Part shown: piece after piece, positions 13,248 through 25,118 of the stretch
Layout: the number at the start of each line of letters is the position of its first letter
Position numbering within the stretch: the first letter of the stretch is position 1
Source of the DNA: Lingula anatina
Taxonomy: Eukaryota; Animalia; Brachiopoda
DNA: 64,000 bases
Reading direction: 5' to 3'
NCBI GenBank assembly: GCA_051362555.1
Contig: CM120649.1
Location: 13,950,001 to 14,014,000 of the forward strand
The notes under the pieces: model-generated
Databases searched by the model: none
What the model was told of the DNA's origin: nothing
What the model saw: the letters and a program-made list of their open reading frames with translations, nothing else
Made by a program: the position numbers and the translations under genes

Positions 13248-16200
13248 CAATTCTTAAAACGTCGTAGCGATACTTACAAATGATTTATAAATCCTGCAAA
13301 CATACATCATTAAACTCAGATTTATTTAAATCTACTTTGAAAAGATCCAAAGCCAAAAGTGGCATGAAATTAGCAATATCTCTTCTAATAAAATCATACT
13401 TTGGGCAAAATAGAGGTGACAGAGATATTTCCCAAACGCACAAGGAACACAATTTAAAAAAAAAAGAAATAAAAAAAACACAAAAACAAATGAGAAACAT
13501 TTTGCCAATTACAATAGAACAAAGATAGATAATAATCAATTATATTTTTAATTTCAAAACAACATATTGCAATGAAAGCATACGTGAAGTACACATTTGA
13601 TCACACCATTTCAAGTGCACATAGGAGATACACCGTGACTTACCCAACGCACAAATTAACAACCAAACCTGCGATTTCATCAGAGAAGACTATCATAGAA
13701 ATGGTACAAATTTTGTTCCTCACCTTTAACTTAATTTCTTACCTTTCATTCCTTTTGCACCTGGTGGCCCTCTCAATCCTGGTGGGCCAGATGTCCCAGG
13801 AGGACCACCAGTCCCAGGGGGACCACCTGACCCTTGGGGTCCCACAGTTCCAGGGGGACCTCCTGTGCCTGGTGGGCCTCCTGTCCCGGGAGGTCCACCA
13901 GTTCCTGAAGGACCACTAGTTCCTGGTGGCCCTCCGGTTCCTGGTGGGCCTCCCGAGCCTGGTGGGCCTCCAGAGCCCGGAGGACCACCTGTACCTGTAG
14001 GACCACCCGTTCCCGGTGGCCCACCCTTACCCGGTGGCCCCCCAGTTCCAGGGGGACCAGATGTTCCAGGTGGTCCGCCAGTACCAGGAGGACCGCCTGA
14101 CCCTTGGGGCCCTCCAGTTCCAGGAGGACCTCCTGTGCCCGGAGGGCCTCCTGTTCCTGTAGGCCCACCAGTACCTGGAGGTCCCCCAGTTCCTGGTGGA
14201 CCACTAGTTCCTGGGGGCCCTCCTGTTCCTGGTGGACCACCGGTTCCTGGGGGACCACTCGTTCCCGGTGGTCCACTTGTACCCTGTGGCCCTCCAGTTC
14301 CAGGGGGACCAGATGTTCCAGGTGGTCCGCTTGTCCCAGGAGGACCACCAGTACCTGGAGGACCACCAGACCCTTGGGGACCTCCAGTTCCTTGTGGACC
14401 TCCTGTGCCCGGCGGTCCTCCTGTGCCAGGAGGTCCACCAGTACCTGGAGGGCCCCCAGTTCCTGGTGGACCACTAGTTCCTGGGGGGCCTCCTGTTCCT
14501 GGTGGGCCACTTGTTCCAGGTGGACCGCCTGTTCCTGGTGGACCAATTGTGCCTGGTGGGCCTCCCGAGCCTGGAGGACCGCCTGTTCCTGGTGGACCAC
14601 CAGTTCCGGGTGGGCCTCCTGTTCCTGGTGGGCCACTTGTTCCCGGAGGTCCACCAGTACCTGGAGGTCCCTCAGTTCCTGGCGGGCCTCCAGTCCCTGG
14701 TGGCCCACTTGTGCCTGGTGGACCACCTGTTCCTGGCGGTCCTGCTGTTCCTGGGGGCCCACCTGTGCCAGGGGGCCCTCCAGTTCCTGAAAGTTCTGAA
14801 AAATTCAGGTAATAACTGTAGCACATCTTTTTTACTGAAACATTTTTATTGAAAAAATTGAAAAATGTACTTTGATTTAAACAATTTATACAGGTTATTG
14901 TTATTTCCCATTTATTTATATGGTTTTAGTCAAACCCTTATATGGCATGGTGATGAGGTACATTTAAGATCAGCGAAAAAAGGAAAAAAATAATGCGAGG
15001 TGCTTTATTAATAGTATCCTTTAAGGTTTAAGGTCTTGTTCTTGAATTATCTAACCTGTGCACATCCCGCCAGAGCAAACGAAGCTTATCGTGCGCGTGC
15101 ATGTGTTACCTGACACGCACATCTCATGCAGATTGTTACATTCCACAGATGACGTACAGGTTTGGCCTTCCACTAGAAATAACGATATTATTATTATGCA
15201 GACTCCAAAAACCTAAAAGCAAAAATCCCACTTTTGTAACACATACAAAAAGTTGTATACCCTATAGAGATCATCTTCATTGCGGCAGAGCAGTACAGTT
15301 CAGGAAAGGGCGATATGGGAGAGCTGAGTGCGATAAGATAAGAGTTTATTTAGCCAATTATAAAAATCGGAAATCATTTTCCATTGGAGCAATATACAGA
15401 GTAAAATAATAAAATAATAAATAAATAAATTAAGAATTTAGCTTTGAGATCAAATTAAAATGCGTCACTGCACTTGGATAAAAGCTGTTTAAAAAGCGTT
15501 TACTGCCTTTAAAAGTTAAAAGTCTACTGTTGCTTGGTAAAAAAGTAAAAAGAGAGGATGCAGGATGGAAAGCGTCTTTCATGGTGTTGACAATTCTTTT
15601 CTCCATCCTGTCCTTAAAAATATCATCCAGCTTGGGGAGATCTTGTCCGCAAGACGTACGCAAGTTGGTCAGCACAAAGTTTGAGAACACGAGGTGAAAT
15701 TCCATCTGGCCCAGACGCCTTACGAACATTGAGGCGCATAAATTGCCGTTTTACTTGCCAGGGGTGAATGGTGAGCGGAACTGCTTCAGTATTGTCAGCT
15801 TGGGAAGTCGGAGGTAAAACCGTTGTAGAAGAACTATTGTCTTTATCAAAGCGTGCATAAAAGTCATTCAGTTTGTCCGGTAGTGACGCGTCTCCTTTGT
15901 CAGCAGAGTGTTTTGAGCCCTTGTAGTTAGTAATTAAGGAGATATTTGACCACAGTTCCCTAGAGTTCTTAGTGTTAAAGCTTTCCTCTATTTTGCTTTT
16001 CATGCATTTCTTAGCTTCTTTGATCGCCTTCTTCAGTTGGAGTTTAGCTCTGCGATAGGTCTCTGGGTCATTCTGTTTTTCGCAGAATGCCTGGTCTTTC
16101 TTCTTTATTAGTTGGCGTACGTTCTTATTCATCCATCTCTTGTCATTAGGATATCGGGTCACTGTCTTAGTTGGTATACAAATCTCCTCGCAGAAACGTA

Positions 16201-19025
16201 TGTACTCCGTCACAGTCAAGGTGTAATCCTCTATGTTGTTGTCACATTTCAACACAGACCAATCCGTACACTCAAAACAGCCCTGCAATTTATCTATAGC
16301 TGATTGTGAGTAGATGCTAACGTTATGAGATTCGGGTTTCCCTCTTTTCAATTCTTGTTTATATGCTGGAATCAAGAGAATTGTGCAGTGGTCTGAATTC
16401 CCCAGAGGCGATCTCCTCATCGCTTTATACGCTCCTTTGACTGGGCAGTAGCAGTTATCGAGAGTATTTTTGCCTCTGGTCGGAAAAGTGACATACGATC
16501 GGTAATTTGGCAGAACGGTTTTCAAATTGGTCTTGTTGAAGTCGCCGAGAACAATGGATAAGCAATTAGGGTGCGAGCTTTCGTAGGAGTTAATGACCGA
16601 TGACAAAGTGGCCATTGCTTTCTTCGCGTCCGCCCTGGGGTGAGTGTATACTCCGGTCAGCATAACACAAGAGAATTCCCTTGCATTTGATGGTTAGGTA
16701 CTCTATGTCCGGGGAACATCGGTTAAAAACTACACTGGCATCGGTGCACCATCGATCATTTACAAGAAAACATACTCCTCCTCCTTGATTTTTCCCTGTT
16801 ATGTCTCTATCACGATCTGCTCGAAACATAGTAAAACCTGCTGGTTCTAAGCTAGCGTTGGTGTGATCATCATTCAGCCAAGTTTCCGTAAAACAAAACA
16901 CATTACAGTCAGTATAGTCTCTAAAGTTAGCAATGCGATACTTCAGTTCTTCAACCTTGTTGAATAAACGCTGCACATTAGCCAAGATGATACTAGGTAC
17001 TGCTAATCGCTGGTTTCTTTTCCTGGATCTCACCAGATGACCTCCTCTTTTACCCCTCTTCCTTCTTGTCTTAGTGTCATGACTGCTGTCATTCTGAGTG
17101 GAAACAATGCGCTGTATGGAAGGCTCTGTGTTTAGTCCCGTTACAGTGGATTTTGAGGCACGATTGGCATTCCGTATAGCTAGGAGTTCCTCTCTTGAGT
17201 AAAACACAGGTGCAGTGGACAAACACAGTGTTAAAAACAGATAAAATACTAAAATAATGCTTGCTCTCAAAGGAGTGTCGCCATAGGTCGGCGCCATCTT
17301 TTCTTCCTAAGTGTCAATTTATGACAATTCACGTACAAGAGATAATTGCACAGTTCAATAACATGTCCATGATTGACAGGACAAGAAAAGACAAGAAAAG
17401 TAAAAAAAAAAACAGTATATTTTACAACAGGAATGATACCTTCTACCAGGCCAAGGTATAAGAAAGAACTCCAAAACATCCTTTACCAGAACAGACTGGG
17501 CCAGGATAGGACAGGGCATTACGTGACAGGAACCAGACCAGGGAAAGAAAAGGATCTAGGTAATAGGAAAAAAATAATCAGAGCGCAGCAGACCGAATCT
17601 GAACTAGGCAATAGTAGAAAGTTTAGCAGAGCAGACAGGATCAGGGAAGGACAAAAACTAGGAAACAGAGGAAAGTTAAGCAAAGCAGATCGTATCAGGA
17701 ATATACAAAGAACTAGGTAATATATTAAGTTAACTAGAAAAGCACTCCGAGGGCGCAGACCTCCGCCAAGGCAGCGATTTTTGATTATTGATTGATTATT
17801 GATCCGGATCACCACCAAAAACTAATCACTTCTAATTCAATCCATTTCCCACCTACCCTGAAAATTTCATCAAAATCGGTCCATAACTTTTTGAGTTATG
17901 TTGATGACAAACAAACAGACAGAAAGACAGGGGTGAAAAACATAACCTCCTTGGCGGAGGTAACTAGAGTAGACCGGATCAGGGAAGGACAAGGCACCAC
18001 ATTAGAGAACACGTTAAAATAATAGGTGGCCGTATCAGTCGACGAAGGAATAGACGTGATCTAAAAATTCTTTCAACCAAATCAGAATGATTATAATTAA
18101 AATACCACCGTCGTTCGAATGTATTTTTTCTTTGATAAAGTATAAGGTGCTGGTTTGCGTCAGTAGCGAAACTTTTTAATAAATCATCTTCGCTCTTTAT
18201 ACAGACTTTGTTTAAACAGACCGGCATAAAAAACGTGCAACTGATGAATCGGCAAGCTTTCTGCCAAACGTCAAATTAGAATGTAAAATGGTTAGATTTT
18301 ACAATCTTTACCTGCTGTGCAAACGCCACCTACATCATAGTATCTCTCAACGCATGCGCATACGTTGCCTCCCCCTACAGATGTACAATCAGAATTTGAA
18401 TCACTATCAGAACAACCAGTTAGTCCAGCGATACAAGCCTGACCAAGGGCACCTGAAGTCCACAGAAAATGAAAGTAAATTTATGTCATACACATTCTGA
18501 TGGAAAGATGGCTGTTGGAACAATAACAGGTAAATACCTGTACATTGTAGACAGAGTACGGCAATAATTTGCATTTAGTTTGATTATTGGAAGGTAAATA
18601 AGTAATTTCCTCAATCATCATTGTTGAGGTACACATCTAAAACTGCTGAAGCAATTACGATATGCAGTATAAAACTCTTTTTTAATTTAAGGTATTTTAC
18701 CATTTCGAAAATAACTCACCAGTCGCTGAGCGAGAGCGACTCGGACTTTTGAAACAAAAAACTCAAAAACGTGTTTATATAACGCCCTATGTCGACAAAA
18801 AGGATTACTTTTGATGTTGAAATTAGAAAAAATATTATAGTTACATTGTACATTAATGTTTAACGCTCATCATAACCCTTGAACATTTTGAGTTTTGATA
18901 CAAGTACTGGAACATTACCCTCTAATATACTTACAATTATTCGTCGGAGGAACACACTGCGCGTGAACGTCATTGGTCATAACCATTACAATGGCCAGTA
19001 TCTTCACACACATTCCTTTCATCAT
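11856..19025 (-). CDS. Type I transmembrane collagen-like protein, 667 aa: signal peptide, EB/EGF-like Cys module, (GPPGTG)n Gly-X-Y domain, Pro/Thr-rich linker, TM helix, short basic tail
   Basis: Five exons joined by phase-1 GT-AG introns, 2004 nt in total and in frame. 19025-18935 gives [30 protein letters not shown]. 18452-18312 gives [47 protein letters not shown]. 14795-13743 gives 116 Gly-X-Y triplets. 13073-12534 gives further Gly-X-Y plus a Pro/Thr/Phe-rich duplicated segment. 12034-11856 gives ...[26 protein letters not shown]...TPNL*. Codons within the repeat are synonymously diversified. Confidence 0.85.
13780..14788 (-). repeat. Coding 18-bp tandem repeat encoding GTGGPP hexapeptides
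   Basis: About 56 hexapeptide units with variants GTS/GSG/GTI/GTV/GKG and GPQ/GPT/GPS. Third codon positions vary while the amino-acid pattern is kept. Confidence 0.95.
15333..17301 (-). mobile_element. Rex1/Babar-clade non-LTR retrotransposon with intact ends and an internal deletion of the RT core, in intron 2 of the collagen-like gene
   Basis: The 5' end reads AAGATGGCGCCG. The APE endonuclease shows [53 protein letters not shown], with a frameshift near 16680. After [21 protein letters not shown] the sequence jumps at ~15650 to the C-terminal [22 protein letters not shown] motif. The 3' end has AATAAA followed by a (TCTTA)n tail. Confidence 0.9.
17490..17720. repeat. Degenerate purine-rich minisatellite (~54-bp period), interrupted by a Helentron-like insertion and resuming at ~17965
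   Basis: Recurrent agcaga.cggatcagggaaggacaa...actagg motifs, with another unit at 17965-17995. Confidence 0.5.
17732..17963. mobile_element. Helentron/DINE-1-like (HINE) non-autonomous rolling-circle element
   Basis: Subterminal inverted repeats (acctccgccaagg / ccttggcggaggt), a terminal stem-loop acctccttggcggaggt, an internal (acag/acaa)n microsatellite and the typical aaatttcatcaaaatcggtcc core. Confidence 0.75.
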
Positions 19026-21862
19026 TGAAAAAGTGAGGCACTTGTTAATTGGAGGTTCTGATACTTTAGTTTGCCTGTCTTAAATGTCCTTGTCAATGGA
19101 TTTCATTTTGTGGAGTCACACTTTGCCGGCTGATAGTTTTGACGGGAATCTTTTACCTGTAAGAACGATTATTTTCATTACTGAAAAGAAAAATTGAATA
19201 GGAAGTCGCTTGAATATTTCAATATGCCAAATACTATAAAACAATCCGTCTACTGATTTATATTTGCCTCGCTTTGCTCCCTAATTTATCCCTCTGCCCC
19301 CCCCCCCACTCCACTCCAGAGGCAAGTGTGAGCGTGAATGATATTTCTGAATACATCCTTTTGAGAAGAATACGCCAGCAAAAAAAAAAAAAAAAAAAAA
19401 AGATCACATTTACTCCACAAAACTTTTCTCGACTTCGATCTACACGTTTGGAATATTGTGTAGTAATTCACAGACCGTTGCTTCATTTTCCCGGCGTCGT
19501 ACCCTTCAAGTTTAATGCTGTAACTTTCATTGTGATCTACAGATCTGCCAAGTTTCACGCTTGCAGTCGTAAGAACAACATCACTGTATGTCATGGGAAA
19601 TAGGTCACTGATAGATATCATAACTGAGACATGAATTGTTTTCCACTTATTTTTCCTTTGCCAAGTTCAACTGCATTATATGAGATCATCATGCATGTAT
19701 AAATATGTTTGCGTTATATGAAGCACCTACTTACTAAGTAAGCCATCTAGACAGGACTATGAATAAATTCAAAATACACCGCACATAGGTACATGGTACT
19801 ACAACTACAACAAAAATGTTCATTTTACAGTGTAATATGCTAGATTAAATTCTGTTGTTCAAACACGAGCTTGACACCAGACAGAAAAAGATCAAAGAGG
19901 CGGCCAGGCTTTCAAGTTTTAATTATAACCTTTTGACAGAGTAATCATCCAATGTATTGTTCATCAATCAGCGTGTCCTGTCGTTTTTATTGCAATTATC
20001 TGGGAGTAAAGCGTGTTTTATTTGTAGCGGTTCTAGTTCCATAGACTGAGTGACGATATACTGCTATTTACATCATTCTTAGAGACCTAAAAAAACTCTC
20101 TCTGTGCCATCGTGTAACATAAACGCTGTCTGTAAATACCATTTCATGTTCTGAATAGTCACATTCTGGTAAAAGTAAGGTTTTGTCAGCGTCTACTGTT
20201 TTACCTCAACAGACAAGCTTTGGCAAATCCTCTAAGACTGATATGATATCTCAGAGTAGAATTACGTAGAAATACTTGAAACAGATGTCGGATGCGTGCA
20301 TTTATATAAAAACGAAATGTTACGAGCATTACATTTAAACACAAGACTTGTAAAACTAAAAGAGATGATTGTTCTTTTCTGTAACGTACCAGGAAGCATG
20401 CTCTTTGTGAGTTCAGCTCTCGCTTGACTAGCTACCAGCGTCATAAAAAGTAAGTTCAACTCGAAAAATATTCTTAATTAGTGCAAACAAATAAGGACAC
20501 GTTACCTTTAACCGGCTTCTGTCACTCGCTTGACTGTTGATACAGACCTCTGTACAGCTATATATACATATATTCATCAGACCAGGCAAGGCAAGTGACT
20601 CCAGTACCAAATGAAGATAAGTCAGACATGTCCTCGGTAGAAGTTGCCAAGATTTCACCACCCCAGCTAATCCATACAGTAATGCCAAACCTACAAGTGT
20701 TGTCTCTTACATATCTATCGGTGTTCAATTGTTAAATGGCACCTGTTCCCTTCATGTCAACATCTAGTTCATTGATGGTGCATGCACAGTTTGTCAGCTA
20801 GGCGCCGTTCACATTTGGTTCCAATGGAACGTATCTTATTTGGACTCTCTGTTGCCAAGAGCGCAAACAATAAACAAGTTTATATGTAAGCACTATTTTC
20901 CTGCTTTTTCCGTAGCCTGGAACTCTGCACCCTCTCCTTTTAGTTGACGAAATGAGAGAAACGTTGTGTGGATGTCCAGCTGATTACAAAAAGCACTCAC
21001 TACATAACGGAGGACGAAGCAGGTTTGGTCTTCCTGTGACTAGTGTGAATCTGGCTTTTCCTCGCTCCTGAAGGCAGGAAGTGACAGTGAAACAGTTTGA
21101 TGGATTTTGTCTTGCCCATAGCAAGTTTGCGACGACTGCCATACATAAACTGAAATACCATCTAGTTGTATGATTTGGGAGAATGACAACCACTTTAATG
21201 CGAGTCAATGGGAATTTTCAGTTTACTTGTCTGTTTGACTGCATGATTGTCTCCTAGTCTGTCTGCCTCTGCCTTGGCCTTTTTTCCACGACATTTAACC
21301 TGACCCAGCTTTACATCTTTTATCTACACCTAAAAATGTACATTATAATAAGGGATAATTAATTACCTCAAAAAAATTATTGGTGCAGAAACGCGTTGTG
21401 CACGAATAACCAATGATCAAGGTCTATCCATGAACTTTTAGCTTTAAAAAAAAAATCGAATCACCATCTTTAACCTCATTATTGTTTTTATAATTAAGAA
21501 TTTATCTTAAAGCTCTATTTTAATACTACATCTTTATACTTTTATACATATACATTCAATATATGTCTTATATATTGCAAAGAACACAATAAGCCTTTAT
21601 TTTATTTTATTTTATTTTATTTTTTCAAGTCAAACAAAGAGGGGCAGCGTAAATTCTGGTATCGGCAGGTACTACGTTCGTCCCGAATTCATTGCACGCT
21701 GCTCGCAGAGAGTTTGGCTATCATAATTTGCTTCAGGGGTCTTGGTCAGAAGGAGAGCATGAACTTGCCAGCGGACTCATCGCGAAAAATGGTCATAACT
21801 CATCTGTGTGGCGTTTAGTGAATCGGTCTATGTCTGCTCTTTGTGCTATTTTACAGGCAAAT

Positions 21863-21904
<42 letters not shown>

Positions 21905-22319
21905 ATATTCTTTTATGTACATTTTTAGCCATCGATGAATGAAGAAATATATAGACATTCTTATGTGGAATTTTCGTTGGTGCCATTGTACTTTATCGGA
22001 CCAACCTGCTTTATGCGATTTCATAAAAAAAATAATCGAACAAGCGATATAATAGATAATCTAAAAAATGATTATTTTGATACTTTGATCAAGAGAGAGA
22101 TAAATATTAGAATTAATGAAAATTGAAATATGCAAATATAAATAAATGCACATACAGGGTAAATAGTTAATTAAATTCTGATTAATTATTTTAGTTATTT
22201 GAAAATATTAATCAAAGAACAGATTAACAGATAATTTGTTGTTTAAAAACAGCCCATATAAAATGCATAGATAAGTATATGATAAATAGATCGGCGTGAG
22301 TCCCCGTGGAGTTAGGCCA

Positions 22320-22477
22320 CATGTAGAACAGCGGACTAACTAGACAAATACGGCGACCCACTTAAAAGCTTGCCATCTAATCCCCTAATAGACACTGAAC
22401 AGATTCCTCGCTGGGATTCAAGTGGGTCGGCCATATTTGATCCACGAACAAGTAAGTCCTCTGTTGTGAATGCGGCC
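22320..22477. mobile_element. MITE copy (family of 1507-1678)
   Basis: Shares aaatacggcgacccact.aaaagctt...aatagacactgaa.agattc...ttcaagtggg.cggcc.tatttga...gaatgcg. Confidence 0.7.
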
Positions 22478-23583
22478 TTAGTGCGCATTAGCTACATCAA
22501 CATAGCTTCTTCGGAACAGTCCCACGGTGAGTGCGTGAGTCCTCTATTCCAGCAAATTCTACGCTTAAAAATATGTCGTTACGCCTTAAGGACATGGCAC
22601 CTGCCTGTTTATTGTATTGACCCCAATTGTATAGACATATCACACCACCAAGGAGTTTCAGTTGCTCGTGTCTGTGTGGGACTTGATCACATTCCACATC
22701 AAAGGCTCGGATAGCGTTTATGGGAGCTTCCGAACCAACCTGTATGAGCCACGAGCATATCTGCAGCTATTTGGCTAGAAGACGTCATCCTCCGGCTACG
22801 AGGAAATACATCGGGTCGGGACAACGCGTATCTCTGTACAACACCATGTTCAATAAATATAACAAGACACGGTACGTTTAAAATTGCAAAATGTTAGTAC
22901 TATTCATATCGTGTGTCTCCTTTTGACTTTTATGAATAACCGAACCATACAGTGTGAGAGTACAAATGTTGGGTGCATTGTCAAATATGCATTTGCAGTC
23001 AATTTTTTGGTCACAAAAGTTTACCAAATGCCATCATTTAGTTATAAATAGTATAACTTAGAGAAATAACAAAAGATATTTTTTCATATAACCCGAGAAA
23101 TGACATTTGAACGAATTTTTATGTTTGCTTGCTGTGCTGTACTAGCATATGTGAATGGGGCAGATAAAAAGTCAGATCAGTAGTTCAAATTTAGTACCAA
23201 ATATTTGAAAAAGATGCAGCTTTTAGCTCTTTAATGGCTAATCAAGTGATTTATTCGGCTTATCCCATGACATGTCGCTTTTATATGAGTCGTATAAGAA
23301 ACTAGTAAAACTGGTTATATGCGTTACTGGGAATCCAAGCTCCACCGACACTCGAATAAATCACTGGCTTTGTAATCTCTGTAATTGGTGCGATTTTAAA
23401 GCACGTTACTTTAAACTAAGATCAAATAAGCTTTAAACTGGGAGGATATCACATGTTTGTTGTGGAGAGCATGATTACTGCAAGCGGATGAGGAGAAACC
23501 TGTTGAGCTCTTTACATACCTTCGAAGAGGTGCAGTAAGTTTCTGTTTAGCTGCTTCCCGAAAATATCAGCTAGTTAGTTGTA

Positions 23584-23598
23584 CTCTCTCTTTCTCTG

Positions 23599-23632
<34 letters not shown>

Positions 23633-23820
23633 AGAGAGAGATGGGGGGGGGGGGGGAGAGAGTGAGGGCTATTGTAATGTATTCTCTTGTAAAGCTTGGA
23701 TCCAGCATGACTGGTCCAAGTGTAAAGGTACGTGGAGGAGGTTCCTCTCCATTTCCTGCTCTCTCTCGCTCTCTCTCGCTCTCTCTCTCTCTCTTTCATA
23801 CACACACACACACACACACA

Positions 23821-23856
<36 letters not shown>

Positions 23857-23867
23857 GAGTGTGTGTG
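23584..23867. repeat. Compound (CT)n/(CA)n/(GA)n/poly-G microsatellite cluster
   Basis: Direct simple-sequence runs. Confidence 0.85.
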
Positions 23868-25118
23868 TTTATAATGTTTATAGTGTGGCAAAAGGCCGCG
23901 AAATGATTTAATTTAATAAGTGTACATCTAATGGTAAAATAATAATAATTTTAAAAGTGATACAAAAGTGAAATGATGATTAATGATAAATGTAAAATCA
24001 AGTTTGAGATGTACAAATAAACCGGTTAATAACATACTAGTAGTATGTTAAAAAGGTACGTCATTAGAATTAAAATTAAAAGCTAATATGAAGAAAACTA
24101 CAGAATTAAAAAAACAACTCTCGCCGTCGTTAAAAATTAAGAGTCACCTGTGACTTGACAGTAATATAAACAACCTAAATGTAGGGTAATAAAAGTCGTA
24201 CTCTCTGCCGACAGGGTGCGCTGGTAGTCTGTTAGAAATGTATTGTTTTATACTTGATTTTTGCATACAGTTTTAGAAGTCCCATATATTAGAGGGTAGT
24301 AATTCATGTCCAATTTTGTTACTGCACGTATTGGCAATACTGTTCGGTTTCCCTTTGTCTTTCTCAGTTGCACCGAAAACCGAGTAATTATACATGTATA
24401 TAACAAATCTAACGTAGCTCTGTAAAAACATGGAAGTATACGTAGAATGCCAGCTATACTTCCATGGTAAAAGTCTACCAAAGTACTATACGTGCAATTA
24501 AAACCCTGAAGCTTTCTTATTACGTTATTCCTCTGCCCTGCCCTTTTAGCAATAAGATACATGTATTTTTTTTAGAAAACCAGTCGTAATTGGCACCAGG
24601 CATATTTTTCAATATTTGACGTTCTTTTTTACTATAAAAAAATTTACAGGTAACTGAGAAAAACAGCCCAGCAAGGTAAGCACATCTCTGTTTCAGTGAT
24701 ATTTCATGTTGTTGATCCAAAACGTGTGATCTGCTCTTTTGTCACAGCGCAACAGAGCCTCCAGCTAAGGACCAAGACAACTAGGTCAATTGCCCAGGCG
24801 GGGATAGGATATTACGTAATGGCGTCGTATCAGCCAAGTTTTTTGAGAGGTCTGCTCACTTTGAGCGCTGAACACCTTTGGGACGGGACACGCGCGGCTT
24901 TCCTTTGACCGAAAATTCTAGAACTGACGGATGCAGTTACCATTTGCTTTCTAGTGCATCGACCTCCGCAGATAGGCACTGACGGCTGGTTTGCAGCAAA
25001 TCACGACACTGAGACTAATTTTTATAACGGGTTCATAACGTGGGATTTTAATCATTTTTTGTTTATCACGCTTACGAGCGAAAAATCTGACACTATTTAG
25101 ATTTCTTATGAGCCGAGG

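Noticed and set aside
13865-14812. Plus-strand ORF (PGGPPV)n and other overlapping ORFs (13773-14762, 14104-14790)
   Set aside because: These are antisense or alternative-frame shadows of the GC-rich coding repeat. Only the minus-strand GTGGPP frame has phase-matched splice sites linking it to signal and TM exons.
17373-17720. 115-aa basic ORF
   Set aside because: Derived from a degenerate minisatellite next to the LINE, with no domain or splice support.
23440-23540. Candidate first coding exon for the 25-28 kb gene
   Set aside because: The frame compatible with the donor has an upstream stop and no ATG. It is more likely a non-coding exon, and 25119-25160 gives a better start.
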